Below, one piece after another: positions 17,918 to 28,165 of a stretch of DNA of 64,000 nt. The DNA is taken from positions 672,001 to 736,000 of the forward strand of contig CAVZSV010000004.1 in NCBI GenBank assembly GCA_963778115.1, in the 5' to 3' direction. This stretch comes from an uncultured delta proteobacterium. GTDB taxonomy: Bacteria; Bdellovibrionota; FAC87; UBA2466. The notes beneath the pieces were generated by a model that did not search any database, had not been told where the DNA came from, and saw only the letters and a program-made list of their open reading frames with translations. The number at the start of each line of letters is the position of its first letter. The first letter of the stretch is position 1. The translations under genes were made by a program, and so were the position numbers.

Positions 17918-20900
17918 CTATCTTGTGCAGTGCTTATTCTCAGTAAGATAGAGTCGTACGATATCCCCAACCTTTAGAGGCAGAGAGAATGACTTGAGAT
18001 GAGTTTGGGGATCTTCAGTTACTTTTACAGCCCCGTGCTGGGCGCTGATGGCGCAATAGGTCTTGGGCCATCGAGCATCATTGAGGGTAACCTGGATTTT
18101 TTTGAGAGGATCATTGGTCCAGTTGATTAGGACGATCGCATCCCCTTGGGGAGAACTCAGCGAAAATGTCTCTACCAAAGGTTTATCCACTAGAAGTAGA
18201 GGCTGAAATCCACTCAATCGGGAGGGAAAAGCTATCCACTCTCGAAGAACATCCGAATAATCCACTGGAAGTTCATGAGGTTTTTCAATAGCCGGCTGAC
18301 ATTTTCCTAAATAGTAAGAAGCCCCGGGCAGCCAAGCAAAATGAACGACATTTCCTTTTCCCACCTTTTTGCGGATGACTGCGGGTTTTCCATCGGAAAA
18401 TTTGGCCTCTACTTCGAGTCTCCTATTCTGCAATGACTCATTGGCACGGTTTTCCCACTGAGTCTGTCCGTACGGTTTTACGCGTGGATCATTTTCAAAA
18501 TGTGACGCCCCCACTTGCAAGCTAGTCACCCTATTTTCCTTAAGACCGAAAAAGTTGGCATCTTCAAGAAAGGACGAACTCTGGTCATACTCATCTCGAC
18601 TGGCCGCACCGGCAACCGTAGCCAAGGTGCCACCCTCTTGCTTGACCCAAACCTTTAGCGCCTCTTGAGCCCGTTTGGGAAGATTGGGTTCCGTGAGATA
18701 GATGACTTTGAATCGTTTTAATGTCGCACTGATATTTCCCGTTTTCTTATCGATGAACAGATCGTCTTCATGGAGGAATTCCACAGGAAGGTTGGCGTTC
18801 TTCAAGGCTAAGAACAAACGAGGAGCTTCAAGCCCATGTTCGGTGAACCAATCCATCGCACTGTTCTTATCTCCCGAAAAATCCCAAGGGGCTGAACTCA
18901 AGGGTAATACAAAACCCACTTGGTTATCTTCGGGCTGCCCCGGGAAAAGAAGATCTTCCGTATCGCCTATCATGCGGTTGATGCTTGCAATCTCCTTCTG
19001 CACTTCGATGTCTTCAGAATAGCTATTGGCCGGAAAAAAATATTCTGGTCCAAAGATATAATAGTTGATGGTCTTAGCCCCATTTCCGATGAGGGTAAGG
19101 ACTTTGCGAAGTAATCCGCCAGAAAGTTTGTCATGAGAATAATCGCTCTGTCTAGCCACGACATAACTCCCTATATCCGCTAGCCCTCCCGACTTTGCGG
19201 CACTCCTAAGAAGGGTACTCAGAAAACTCCACATATAATTGTCTTGATCGGTATTCCAGTCTTCAGTCCAAGGTAAAGTGGTTCCTCTCACTTTTGCCAT
19301 TCCAAACCAATCGTGATTTCCCCCACCGGTGAAAAGACTTTTCGGTTGCTTTTCATTGGATCGGTAAATTTGGCCAGTAAAATTGTTAAGATTGGCGTAA
19401 ACTGGTTCGTCCGGCCGCCTCAATTCATTCTGGATAGCCTTGGTTGCCCGAGCGTAATGCTGAGCCGAGTACCAAGGAAAAAACCGCATGGTCCAGTAAT
19501 AGAGTCTTCGGTTAGCCAGAGAAGACTTGGCCAGTTCTCGATCAAAAAGCGGATCCAGTTGCGCTTCTTTGGCTTTCCCGAAATCCTTCGGAAAGCGGAG
19601 CCCCTCTTGAATAGAGATCTTTTTGAGATAGCCGCGAAATTGATTCAAAACTTGGGCACTCACTTTGCGAGATTCGCATTTTTGGATAGGAATCGGATAT
19701 CCCCAAATAGGTTCATCGGCAATGCCCACCAAAGAGATCTCTGAATTTTCCACCCCCGCTCGGCGGGCTGGCTCAATTAACTTTGAAGCGAAATTCTCGT
19801 AATCGACTTTTGAGTACAGCTCGCAAACACGGGGTGTCGTAGGAGGTTGACGAAATTCGAAATTGCTCTCCAAGGGACGAACCTGTTCCAGCTTAAAACC
19901 CTTCATTCCCGCTTCTTTGGCGGCGGCGCGGATTGCCGGATTGAAATTTAGTGCCGTTCCTACCGTATTGATGCCAAGCTTTCCTAAATGCTCAAAACCT
20001 TCCTTCCAGTTATTGATGTCGTTATCCGCAAAAAGCCCATCCGCGATCGTAAAATGCTTAAGCGGTGGAACAGGAGCCAGGGTGTCCATGGGCAGATAAT
20101 AGCGCCGCCTATTATACTCAGTAAAACTAGCTGCCGTGGGTTGACCAAGATGATCTCGCCATACCAAAAATCCAAAATCCAAATATCCCCGATGGATATC
20201 CTCCTCAAACGGCATCAGAGAATATGAAAGTTTTTGGGGACCTCCTGCGATTTCAGGAAAGAAAATCTCGACTTCTAACTCGTAACGCGCCGATGGGTGC
20301 CGTTTTAGGGAGGTATCTTCCATCGTCCCCAGAAGGTGGATGGGATAGCCGAAGGGGTAGAGAAATCCCCCTCCAAAAACAAGCCCGTGCGTTATTTCGG
20401 CGGGAGAAAGGACAAAAGGTGGCGTACAACTGTCTGCACCGGACGGTGAAGATAAATCCACATCCAATTTTCTATTCGATCCAAGAATGCCGAACCGAAA
20501 CTTCCCCTCCGGAGATTTTCCGTCGACCGTACGCAAACAAAACTTGGTACTGAAAGCGGGAAAATAGAAAGGAACGGCAGTATGCTCATTGGGAGAGGTC
20601 AAGGGGCCAAAGAGATCCGCGTGCTCAGAACCTCTGGGATCTCTCCATAGATACAACATAGCAAAAGGGGCATCTGAAACATGAGCCAGGACTTTAGACT
20701 TGTTGAAAGTAACCTCTACTTCGACATCAAACGTTTTTGGTTGGCCCGAAGTGAGCGAGTTTAGTTGCAGTTGGATAGCCAGCGGAAAGTCGAGGCTCCC
20801 GGGAGCCACTCCCGAGGTTAAAATCTTTTTGATATCTTCTCGCGTGAGTTCGAATGAAGAATCGCTAAAAGAGCTGCCTACCGCCGTTACACTTCGCTCG

Positions 20901-21136
20901 GGATATTTTTCCCAACCTATCGTGCGAAAGCCAAAACGAAATTTCTCCTGGGGGTCGGGAGTTTTGTGAACCCCATCGCGAGTGAAGCCAGTCACGCGGA
21001 ATCGGATTTTAGCCGTGGGATAGCTGTCCGCAAATCGAAGGGCCGAAACCTCTCCCGCCTGGACTACCGATGATATCACCATCGAAAAAGTTAAAACCAG
21101 GGAGACAAACCTAGCTATCAATGTGGGATAATACAA
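17918..21136 (-). CDS. Large secreted clan GH-A-like glycoside hydrolase with beta-galactosidase trimerisation (GH42-like) domain
   Basis: Signal peptide; ADEP (candidate acid/base) and WTED (candidate nucleophile); C-terminal LPVEFLHEDDL...FKVIYL...WVKQEGGTL...GKGNVVHF pattern. Confidence 0.6.
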   Translation of the reverse strand: MYYPTLIARFVSLVLTFSMVISSVVQAGEVSALRFADSYPTAKIRFRVTGFTRDGVHKTPDPQEKFRFGFRTIGWEKYPERSVTAVGSSFSDSSFELTREDIKKILTSGVAPGSLDFPLAIQLQLNSLTSGQPKTFDVEVEVTFNKSKVLAHVSDAPFAMLYLWRDPRGSEHADLFGPLTSPNEHTAVPFYFPAFSTKFCLRTVDGKSPEGKFRFGILGSNRKLDVDLSSPSGADSCTPPFVLSPAEITHGLVFGGGFLYPFGYPIHLLGTMEDTSLKRHPSARYELEVEIFFPEIAGGPQKLSYSLMPFEEDIHRGYLDFGFLVWRDHLGQPTAASFTEYNRRRYYLPMDTLAPVPPLKHFTIADGLFADNDINNWKEGFEHLGKLGINTVGTALNFNPAIRAAAKEAGMKGFKLEQVRPLESNFEFRQPPTTPRVCELYSKVDYENFASKLIEPARRAGVENSEISLVGIADEPIWGYPIPIQKCESRKVSAQVLNQFRGYLKKISIQEGLRFPKDFGKAKEAQLDPLFDRELAKSSLANRRLYYWTMRFFPWYSAQHYARATKAIQNELRRPDEPVYANLNNFTGQIYRSNEKQPKSLFTGGGNHDWFGMAKVRGTTLPWTEDWNTDQDNYMWSFLSTLLRSAAKSGGLADIGSYVVARQSDYSHDKLSGGLLRKVLTLIGNGAKTINYYIFGPEYFFPANSYSEDIEVQKEIASINRMIGDTEDLLFPGQPEDNQVGFVLPLSSAPWDFSGDKNSAMDWFTEHGLEAPRLFLALKNANLPVEFLHEDDLFIDKKTGNISATLKRFKVIYLTEPNLPKRAQEALKVWVKQEGGTLATVAGAASRDEYDQSSSFLEDANFFGLKENRVTSLQVGASHFENDPRVKPYGQTQWENRANESLQNRRLEVEAKFSDGKPAVIRKKVGKGNVVHFAWLPGASYYLGKCQPAIEKPHELPVDYSDVLREWIAFPSRLSGFQPLLLVDKPLVETFSLSSPQGDAIVLINWTNDPLKKIQVTLNDARWPKTYCAISAQHGAVKVTEDPQTHLKSFSLPLKVGDIVRLYLTENKHCTR

Positions 21137-21153
21137 AGTTGATCTTACCTCTT

Positions 21154-23070
21154 TTAAAGCGTTTTTGAATTCCCCGGTTGATTATCTGGAGAGAGATACT
21201 GTTTTCTGAAATAGGGCTTATTGAGAAGTGCGTTTTCCAGCATCACCTTCATTTCAGCGCACGCTCCTGCCTCTCCTCGAGTACAAGAGTCCCTTAGAAG
21301 CTCAGTCCCTTTTTGAAGCTCATTACGAGCTACCGTTTCATGGCCGGCGGATACATCTAGATTTGACAAACCGATACACCCCTCACCAAATCCTTTTTCG
21401 CAAGTGGTTTTGAACAAGGAGCGGGCTTTATCGAGATCTCCTTCTTGTCGGGTCAGCTCGCCTAAGTAATAGCAAGCCCGCTGCATCTTTTGATCACAGT
21501 GCCCCTGAAGGAAGTCTTTGGCTTTTGTCTTGTCGCTATTCTTATAGTTCATATACCCCAGACGAACACAGCCCATGTCGTAATTGTAGTCGCAAGATTT
21601 TTGGAAGTAATTTTTCGCTCTGTCGTCATCGCCCGCGACTGAAGCATAGTCTCCCATTTTGACGCAACCAAGCCCTTCTTTCTTACTACAGCCTTCTTCA
21701 AAGCGTTTCTTGGCTTCCGTTTCGTCCTTTTTCTGCAAAGCAAAAAAGCCCAACGAAGTACAACCCGCGCCTAGTCCTTTATTGCAACTCTTGATAAGAA
21801 GTTTTTCCGACTTATCCAGATTCTTGTCGATGAGTTCTTGAGTTGCCACCTTAAGACACGCCACGGGCTCGTCCTGATCGCAGAGCCGGCGAAACAGTGT
21901 CAGCGCGATTCCGTAGTTTTTCACTTTTAATTCCAGATTCGCTAGACGCGAACAGCCTTCCATGGAAGCCGATTTGCAGGCATTGGTAAAGATAGTGCGT
22001 GCTTCATCCACATGGTTGGCCTCAAGGGCCTCGTCTCCTTTCTTGAGAACCTTGTCCGATTCGAACTTAGCTAACCACTGATCGATCGATTTTCGAAGCG
22101 CGGGCACCGACTTAAGATCTGCACAGCCTCCTGACTCTCCCGCCTTGCACCAAGCCTGTACGTAAGCGAGACCTTGCTTATATCCAGCAAGGGCAGCTTC
22201 CCTATTTCCGTCCATCGCTTGCATGCGAGCCACGCCCAAACATCCCATCCCATTCTGGTGTTCGCACGATAATTCATAAAGTTTGCGAGCGTGGTCGGGT
22301 TCTTTCTCTCTATCCACGAGAACCGCAAGATAGTAACAAGCCTTCCACATCTTTTCGTCGCACTTCTTGGTTAGAAAATCTCTTCCGTAACCTTTTTCTC
22401 CGTTTTCATATTTCCAATAGCCATACTTTGAGCAACTGGTCTCATCGTTAAGGTTACAAGCTGCCTCATAGAAGGAAGGGACTTTGTCTTTTTCGCCCAG
22501 TCGGTAAAGCAGCATCGCCATTTCGCGGCAAGAGAGTGGATCTTTTTTCGTACATCCTTCCTCAAAGCGTTTCTTCGCTTCGTCATAATTTTTTTCGGCT
22601 TCCGAAGAATAGCCCAATCGACGACATGCCGGCCCTTCCCCCAATTGGCAGGCTTTGAGGTAGGAGTGTCCCGCCTGTTCGAAATTCTTAAGCGCTGCCT
22701 GCCTATCACCTAAATGAAGACAAGCACCTCCGTCACTCTGATCGCAGAGTTTGGAGAACAGCGTTTGGGCAACACCGTAATTTTTGACGGTCAATTCTAG
22801 ATTGGCCAACCGCGAGCAGCCGTCTTTGGAATTTAGATCGCAGGCAGCCGAAAAAAGCGATCGGGCATCTTCGATCCGTTTACCTTCTAACGCGTGATCC
22901 CCTTGGGAAACGCATTGCTCTGCCCCTGTTTTTGCACAATCGGGAGCTTTTGCGGGAGAGCTTGTCTGAGCACTCCCCAGTGAAGAGGTCAAAAAGTGAC
23001 CTAAGACGGCCAAACGAAATAGCGCTAAGAGAGGTTTAAGGAAAGGTGACCAATTTTGTCTCTGACTCAT
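21154..23070 (-). CDS. Secreted cysteine-rich Sel1-like repeat protein (Hcp-like), internally duplicated
   Basis: Repeated A..(F/Y)..AC......GC..LG units; two homologous halves (GDHALEG...GCSRLANLEL and GDEALEA...GCSRLANLEL). Confidence 0.85.
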   Translation of the reverse strand: MSQRQNWSPFLKPLLALFRLAVLGHFLTSSLGSAQTSSPAKAPDCAKTGAEQCVSQGDHALEGKRIEDARSLFSAACDLNSKDGCSRLANLELTVKNYGVAQTLFSKLCDQSDGGACLHLGDRQAALKNFEQAGHSYLKACQLGEGPACRRLGYSSEAEKNYDEAKKRFEEGCTKKDPLSCREMAMLLYRLGEKDKVPSFYEAACNLNDETSCSKYGYWKYENGEKGYGRDFLTKKCDEKMWKACYYLAVLVDREKEPDHARKLYELSCEHQNGMGCLGVARMQAMDGNREAALAGYKQGLAYVQAWCKAGESGGCADLKSVPALRKSIDQWLAKFESDKVLKKGDEALEANHVDEARTIFTNACKSASMEGCSRLANLELKVKNYGIALTLFRRLCDQDEPVACLKVATQELIDKNLDKSEKLLIKSCNKGLGAGCTSLGFFALQKKDETEAKKRFEEGCSKKEGLGCVKMGDYASVAGDDDRAKNYFQKSCDYNYDMGCVRLGYMNYKNSDKTKAKDFLQGHCDQKMQRACYYLGELTRQEGDLDKARSLFKTTCEKGFGEGCIGLSNLDVSAGHETVARNELQKGTELLRDSCTRGEAGACAEMKVMLENALLNKPYFRKQYLSPDNQPGNSKTL

Positions 23071-23261
23071 AAAGAAATCCCCCGCGCATAAGATAAATCC
23101 AAATTTGCATTAACCCAAGTCCAGAATGAAGCAAAAGGTGGGGCAAAGACCAAAGATTCTTCGGAGTTATCGTATTTGGTGCGAGTCTCCGAGAGGCTCC
23201 GCATCATTGACTGCACGCGTCATTTAAGGTATAAGGTATCTCCTCTTAACGGAGAAAATCC

Positions 23262-24863
23262 ATGTACCTTCGGTTCTTGCTCCTCGGGCTCGCGGTTAGC
23301 TCTTTGTCTATGGCCAGGCCAATGACTGACGCCGAGTATCATCGTGAGTTGGAGGCGTGGCACAATACGAACCTCTCGTTCTCCTTCGCAAGAAACACAA
23401 TTCTAAACACCCCCTGTTACACCAGTTTGAAACAATTTCGCGCGTGCTGGAGTGCCATCAACAATTTCACCCTCGCTCTAAAGCCTCCCCTCCAATTTGT
23501 TCCTAAGAGCCGCGCCAATCCTAAGTCCGCTCTTTTCACCTCCGGCCCCCTTGTCCTTATCGCCAAATCCAACAACGGCCCTTCTCTTAGGGAACGAGCC
23601 ACGGCCTGGAGAAATGAAATGGCTCGGAGCCGAAGCGATACTTCCGAACTTTTCTCCAGCCAATCAAACCCGGTCGATTTTGCGACTATCCTCAGTTCGC
23701 TCGAAGAAAAATATGTGACTAGAGAAAATGAAGCTTACCTTTCGGCTACGCTCATCAACGGATTTCAACGAGAATTTTATGACGTCTACACTTATATTCT
23801 TCCCACCTCCGTAAAGGATGAGATGCTCTCGTCAAGTTTTCAGCACAACGAAACCTTGGGCCTCGGATTTGATTTGGTGCCAGCGGGCAACCAACTGCGA
23901 GTCAACCACCTTATCGATGGCAAACCCGCTGCCCTAGCGGGAATTCGTTTAAACGACATCATTACCCATGTGAACGGCGAAGATATTTCCCTTTTTTCAG
24001 AAGAGCGGCGGTTAAACTTCTGTGATTTTAAAAAAGCGACCCCGGTCATTGTCACAGTAAGACGGGGCAATCAGATTCTAGAATTTTCAGCGACGCCTGA
24101 GGTCATCACGAAGGAAAATGTCGTGGCCGTTATGAGAACTTCCACCACGGGTTATATCGGATTGAGCTTTTTCTCGACGGAGAGTTGCGAAGAAGTGGAG
24201 AACGCCATTAACCTCCTAAAAAAGAAAGGTGCTAAGAATTGGATTCTCGACTTACGCAATAATCCGGGGGGACGCGTGGATGTGGGCGTATGCATTGCCA
24301 ATCTCTTTCTTGATCGAAACCTGATGATCTCAAAACAGAAATCAGACTCGGAACCTTACAATGTCACCGATTTCAAAGCAAGAAAAGCTCCTCTAACCAC
24401 AGCCCCCTTAGTCGTTCTGACCAATAGCTTTACCATAAGCGCTTCCGAATTTGTCGCCGGGGCTTTTCAAGACCATCAACGCGGGTGGGTCGTGGGCAAC
24501 AAAACTTACGGGAAATCGGTCGTCCAGAGCGTCATTAAATTTGATTTCCCTGGAATCTCACAGATTATAACCACCGCTCGCTACTTTCTTCCCAAGATGT
24601 CTTGGAACGAGAGTTTTGATGGCATCGATCCCGATTTCCTAGCGTACTTGCACGAGGATCCCGAGGACGAGGATGTCTATTGCTTTCGCGCTTCCGACTT
24701 TGTCCTTACCCCATCGAAGTTACCGGTTTACCATCCTAAGAGAAGCGTCTCTCCTTCGCTCGATCAATGTGTTCGCACGGGAAAAGCCCGACAACGATTT
24801 GACGCACACGAATCATTCGACTATCAAGCTCTCGTCGCTGACGATGTCTTAAATTGTCTCTAA
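23262..24863 (+). CDS. S41 family carboxy-terminal protease with PDZ domain
   Basis: GLGF/PAALAGIRLNDII PDZ region, LDLRNNPGG, catalytic ISASEF and TYGKSVVQ. Confidence 0.9.
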   Translation: MYLRFLLLGLAVSSLSMARPMTDAEYHRELEAWHNTNLSFSFARNTILNTPCYTSLKQFRACWSAINNFTLALKPPLQFVPKSRANPKSALFTSGPLVLIAKSNNGPSLRERATAWRNEMARSRSDTSELFSSQSNPVDFATILSSLEEKYVTRENEAYLSATLINGFQREFYDVYTYILPTSVKDEMLSSSFQHNETLGLGFDLVPAGNQLRVNHLIDGKPAALAGIRLNDIITHVNGEDISLFSEERRLNFCDFKKATPVIVTVRRGNQILEFSATPEVITKENVVAVMRTSTTGYIGLSFFSTESCEEVENAINLLKKKGAKNWILDLRNNPGGRVDVGVCIANLFLDRNLMISKQKSDSEPYNVTDFKARKAPLTTAPLVVLTNSFTISASEFVAGAFQDHQRGWVVGNKTYGKSVVQSVIKFDFPGISQIITTARYFLPKMSWNESFDGIDPDFLAYLHEDPEDEDVYCFRASDFVLTPSKLPVYHPKRSVSPSLDQCVRTGKARQRFDAHESFDYQALVADDVLNCL

Positions 24864-25031
24864 CAAAACTTAGCAGCTCACTCTGCCTAGAGACTGGACA
24901 TTTCCAAGTCTCATGCAGCGAGGAGTCTTTTGTTTCGTCTCGCTTTAGGTATGATTCCTCAAGCAGGTCATTCAATGTCTTTTCCGGAGGGCGTAGTAGC
25001 AACATAAACCATTAAATTTAGGGGGTGTTCT

Positions 25032-25955
25032 TTGTCTAAGTCTAAGGGGTTTCCCAAAGTCTTATCAGTCGCTATCCTAACCGTTTTTGCTATTTCGTCC
25101 TCTTCCTGGGGGTGGGGAGAACCAGGCCACATGATAATCTCACGAGCGGCAGCCCAGTTGATGAAATCCCCCGGCTCCGGCTTCTTCCAATCCAATTCCG
25201 ATAATCTAGCCACTCTTGCCACCACACCCGATTTGAAATGGAAACAATCCTCCACTTACAGCAAAGAAGCCATGCTCCATTTTTTCCAATGGGACAATTA
25301 CAGCCAATCCAGCATCGCTAACTCATTTCCCGTCGATCTAAATACAGCCATTAGTAAAGTCGGACAGAAATTTATTAACACCAACGGATCCGCGGTGTGG
25401 CGCGCGGCCCAGTTTTACGATCTCATGGTGAAGGCACTTTCGACAGGCGATTGTGCTACGGCGTTGCAGATGGGTGGTGTTCTCGGACATTATATTGGAG
25501 ATTTGTCCCAACCCATGCACAATACGAGCGACTATGATGGCCAATCCATCGACGATCCGGGGATACATGCCTATTTTGAAACCACTCTCGTAAATAAGCA
25601 GAATCAAGCTAATCTTCTAACCTCAGTCATTACTGCGGGGGGTAAACCCCATCCTGAAGTAGAACCTACTGCATTGGTAGGTAACGATATGGACATTATC
25701 GCCATGGGCGCGTTAGAGAGTCAGGCATCTCTGGGAGTCTTGCCCGAACTTCTCGCCGATTTTCCCGTAGACTCAAACTCGTCGAATGATCCCGACTTAG
25801 TCGCACACTTCGCCCCGCTCATGGGTCGCGGCGCGTACGTCTTAGCACGAGTCTGGGATTTAGCGTTTGAAAGGGCCATGGCCGCCGGCAAGAACTCTTG
25901 TCCGAGCCAATCGATTACCGTTGAGCAGCCAAACTGGATTCCTTTAACAGAATAG
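25032..25955 (+). CDS. Secreted S1/P1 nuclease or Zn-dependent phospholipase C family protein
   Basis: Mature N-terminus WGEPGH, PD, GHYIGDLSQPMH, GIHAYFE zinc ligands. Confidence 0.85.
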   Translation: MSKSKGFPKVLSVAILTVFAISSSSWGWGEPGHMIISRAAAQLMKSPGSGFFQSNSDNLATLATTPDLKWKQSSTYSKEAMLHFFQWDNYSQSSIANSFPVDLNTAISKVGQKFINTNGSAVWRAAQFYDLMVKALSTGDCATALQMGGVLGHYIGDLSQPMHNTSDYDGQSIDDPGIHAYFETTLVNKQNQANLLTSVITAGGKPHPEVEPTALVGNDMDIIAMGALESQASLGVLPELLADFPVDSNSSNDPDLVAHFAPLMGRGAYVLARVWDLAFERAMAAGKNSCPSQSITVEQPNWIPLTE

Positions 25956-25961
25956 AGCGTT

Positions 25962-26004
25962 TGGCCCACTGAAGCCTTTGGTTGACGCGGCGTTCAGTGG
26001 GCCA
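25962..26004 (+). terminator. 12-bp stem hairpin after the nuclease gene
   Basis: tggcccactgaa ... ttcagtgggcca; there is no clear U tract, so it may be an mRNA stabiliser instead. Confidence 0.45.
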
Positions 26005-26058
26005 GCTTCGCTTGGTTTATAATGATAAGACAACACACCCCTTGCACGCCAAGAAACT

Positions 26059-27198
26059 ATGAGATTTTACTTCATCGCTTCCAACACCACTTCACTCTCG
26101 GGCGCTAGCGAACACCTTTGGCAACAGACCGCACTTCGTCTCAAAGAGCGCGGCCACGACGTTGCGGTAAGTGTTCCCAATTTTCCGGGCCAAAGTTCAC
26201 CTTCGCTAGAAAAGATGCAAGCCGCACTAATCCCTATCCACCGCTACCCGGCTTTCCGACAAACCACTTTCGCTAAAGTCAGACATCTTTTTCTGGGCGA
26301 TCGCTCCTTCTTCAGGCCGGTAAAGGCTTTTGAACCAAATCTAGTCGTTATCTCAAATGGAAATGCTTACGATTCACTCTTTTGGGGAGAATGGGCGATT
26401 AATGCGAAGCTCCCGTTCATCTATATCCATCAATCGGTCCGCGATAGAGACTGGCCTCATGATAACGATTTAGAAAAAATAGAGACCCTTTATCAAAAGG
26501 CAAAACAACATTATTTTGTCTCGGAAGGAAATTTGCACCTCTTTGAAAAGCAAACCGGAATCAATCTCAACTCCAAGCAAATACTCTTTAACCATCCTGT
26601 GCCCCATCAAAATTTGACACTCCCCTGGCCCGATTCCAACATCCTTCGTCTGGCCTGTCCGGCTAGGATCGACTTTTCGCACAAAGGACAGGACCTTTTG
26701 ATCGATGTCCTCGACCAGAAGAAATGGCGCCATCGAGACATTCAAATAGGAATCTACGGCGAAGGTTCCAACGCGAAGCTGTTACAGCGAATGATCCGGC
26801 GCTCCGCTCTGGAGAGTAAGATCCAAATGCATGGACACCGGGAACTAACCGAAATTTGGTCTAACGCACATGGGCTAATACTCCCCTCCCGATCGGAAGG
26901 TTTCTCCCTTTCGCTAACCGAAGCGTGTCTGGCGAAGCGATTTGTCATCACGACGGCGGTGGGAGACAACGAGAAATTCGTCGAGAACGGAGTTACTGGC
27001 TTTTTAATGAGAAATCCCCTAGCCGAAGATTTGGACTGGGCCCTAGAGCAGGTTTATGAGTGCCGTGACCGGTGGAAAGCTCTAGGAGAAGCCGCATTTG
27101 TTCGCATGAAGAGTTACGTCCCGCAAGATCCCGTTTTGATTTTCGCAGAGATTTTGGAAGGCTCGCGCACCGAGACCCTCGCTAAGAAAGCGGCTTAA
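26059..27198 (+). CDS. Glycosyltransferase family 4
   Basis: SGASE N-terminal motif, ARIDFSHKGQD, LPSRSEGFSLSLTEA (EX7E), TAVGD. Confidence 0.9.
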   Translation: MRFYFIASNTTSLSGASEHLWQQTALRLKERGHDVAVSVPNFPGQSSPSLEKMQAALIPIHRYPAFRQTTFAKVRHLFLGDRSFFRPVKAFEPNLVVISNGNAYDSLFWGEWAINAKLPFIYIHQSVRDRDWPHDNDLEKIETLYQKAKQHYFVSEGNLHLFEKQTGINLNSKQILFNHPVPHQNLTLPWPDSNILRLACPARIDFSHKGQDLLIDVLDQKKWRHRDIQIGIYGEGSNAKLLQRMIRRSALESKIQMHGHRELTEIWSNAHGLILPSRSEGFSLSLTEACLAKRFVITTAVGDNEKFVENGVTGFLMRNPLAEDLDWALEQVYECRDRWKALGEAAFVRMKSYVPQDPVLIFAEILEGSRTETLAKKAA

Positions 27199-27215
27199 TT
27201 TCTCTTTTTCTATCT

Positions 27216-28154
27216 ATGACAGATTTTTCTACTCAATTAACGGTAGGGATTACTTACTATAACGAAAAAGAACTCCTCACGCGTTGCTTGGAGAGTTTGT
27301 GTCAAAGCGATCCATTGCCCGAACGAATAGTCGTCATCGATGATGGAGCGACTTTCCCCGCCAAGGACTACATTCCCTCCGCGTTCTCGTTTGTGGAACT
27401 CATTCGAACTGAACAAAACGAAGGGCTTTCGAAATCGAGAAATTACTTACTAACCCGTTGCCTCAGCGAGTTTATCCACTTCCACGACGCCGATGATTTT
27501 TTCCTACCCGGCTGGACAGACGCCACAAAAAAGGCGCTCAGCAAAAATCAGGTCGATGTTTTGATTTGCGGCCTTAGATCTATCAACGATAAAGGTAAGG
27601 TAACCGAAGATGTTATGGAACTATTTAAGATTGGATCGAAACTAGACATACTCGCGTTTTGTCTTTTGGAATCCTTACTGCCCTCAGCTCTGACTTACCG
27701 TACGGAGAAGTTAAGAGGCATAGGAGGTTTTCCCACTTTTTTATCTCAGGCTGAGGACTTTTACGTAAATGCTCGACTTGCGATAGACGGGGCTAGCTTT
27801 GAGAAACTGGACCAAACGTTGGCGGTGCGATGGGAAAGATACGGGAGTATGAGCAAGGACAGGATCGCGGGGGGGAAAGAAGCCCTTTTGGCCATGCAAA
27901 AGTTAAAACCCCTTGTCCCTAAATCCCATCTTCCCTATTTGGCTGACAGAGCCGCAAAGCTAGGATCGAGTTTTTTTCAACTAGGTGCGAAAACCGAGGC
28001 TCGCGAGGCTTTTCGGATAGCCAAGGAGCTTGGCAACGCCCCCTTTGCCCATCGCCCTCGTCTGGTGCGATTAGTGGCAAAGACTTTTGGTCCCGAACTC
28101 GCCGAGTCCATGGCAAATCAGGTTCGCGCTATTAAAAAATCCTCTCGCAGATAA
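27216..28154 (+). CDS. Glycosyltransferase family 2
   Basis: ITYYNE, VIDDG, NEGLSKSRN, FHDADD, AEDF. Confidence 0.9.
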   Translation: MTDFSTQLTVGITYYNEKELLTRCLESLCQSDPLPERIVVIDDGATFPAKDYIPSAFSFVELIRTEQNEGLSKSRNYLLTRCLSEFIHFHDADDFFLPGWTDATKKALSKNQVDVLICGLRSINDKGKVTEDVMELFKIGSKLDILAFCLLESLLPSALTYRTEKLRGIGGFPTFLSQAEDFYVNARLAIDGASFEKLDQTLAVRWERYGSMSKDRIAGGKEALLAMQKLKPLVPKSHLPYLADRAAKLGSSFFQLGAKTEAREAFRIAKELGNAPFAHRPRLVRLVAKTFGPELAESMANQVRAIKKSSRR

Positions 28155-28165
28155 AGAGCGAGCCT

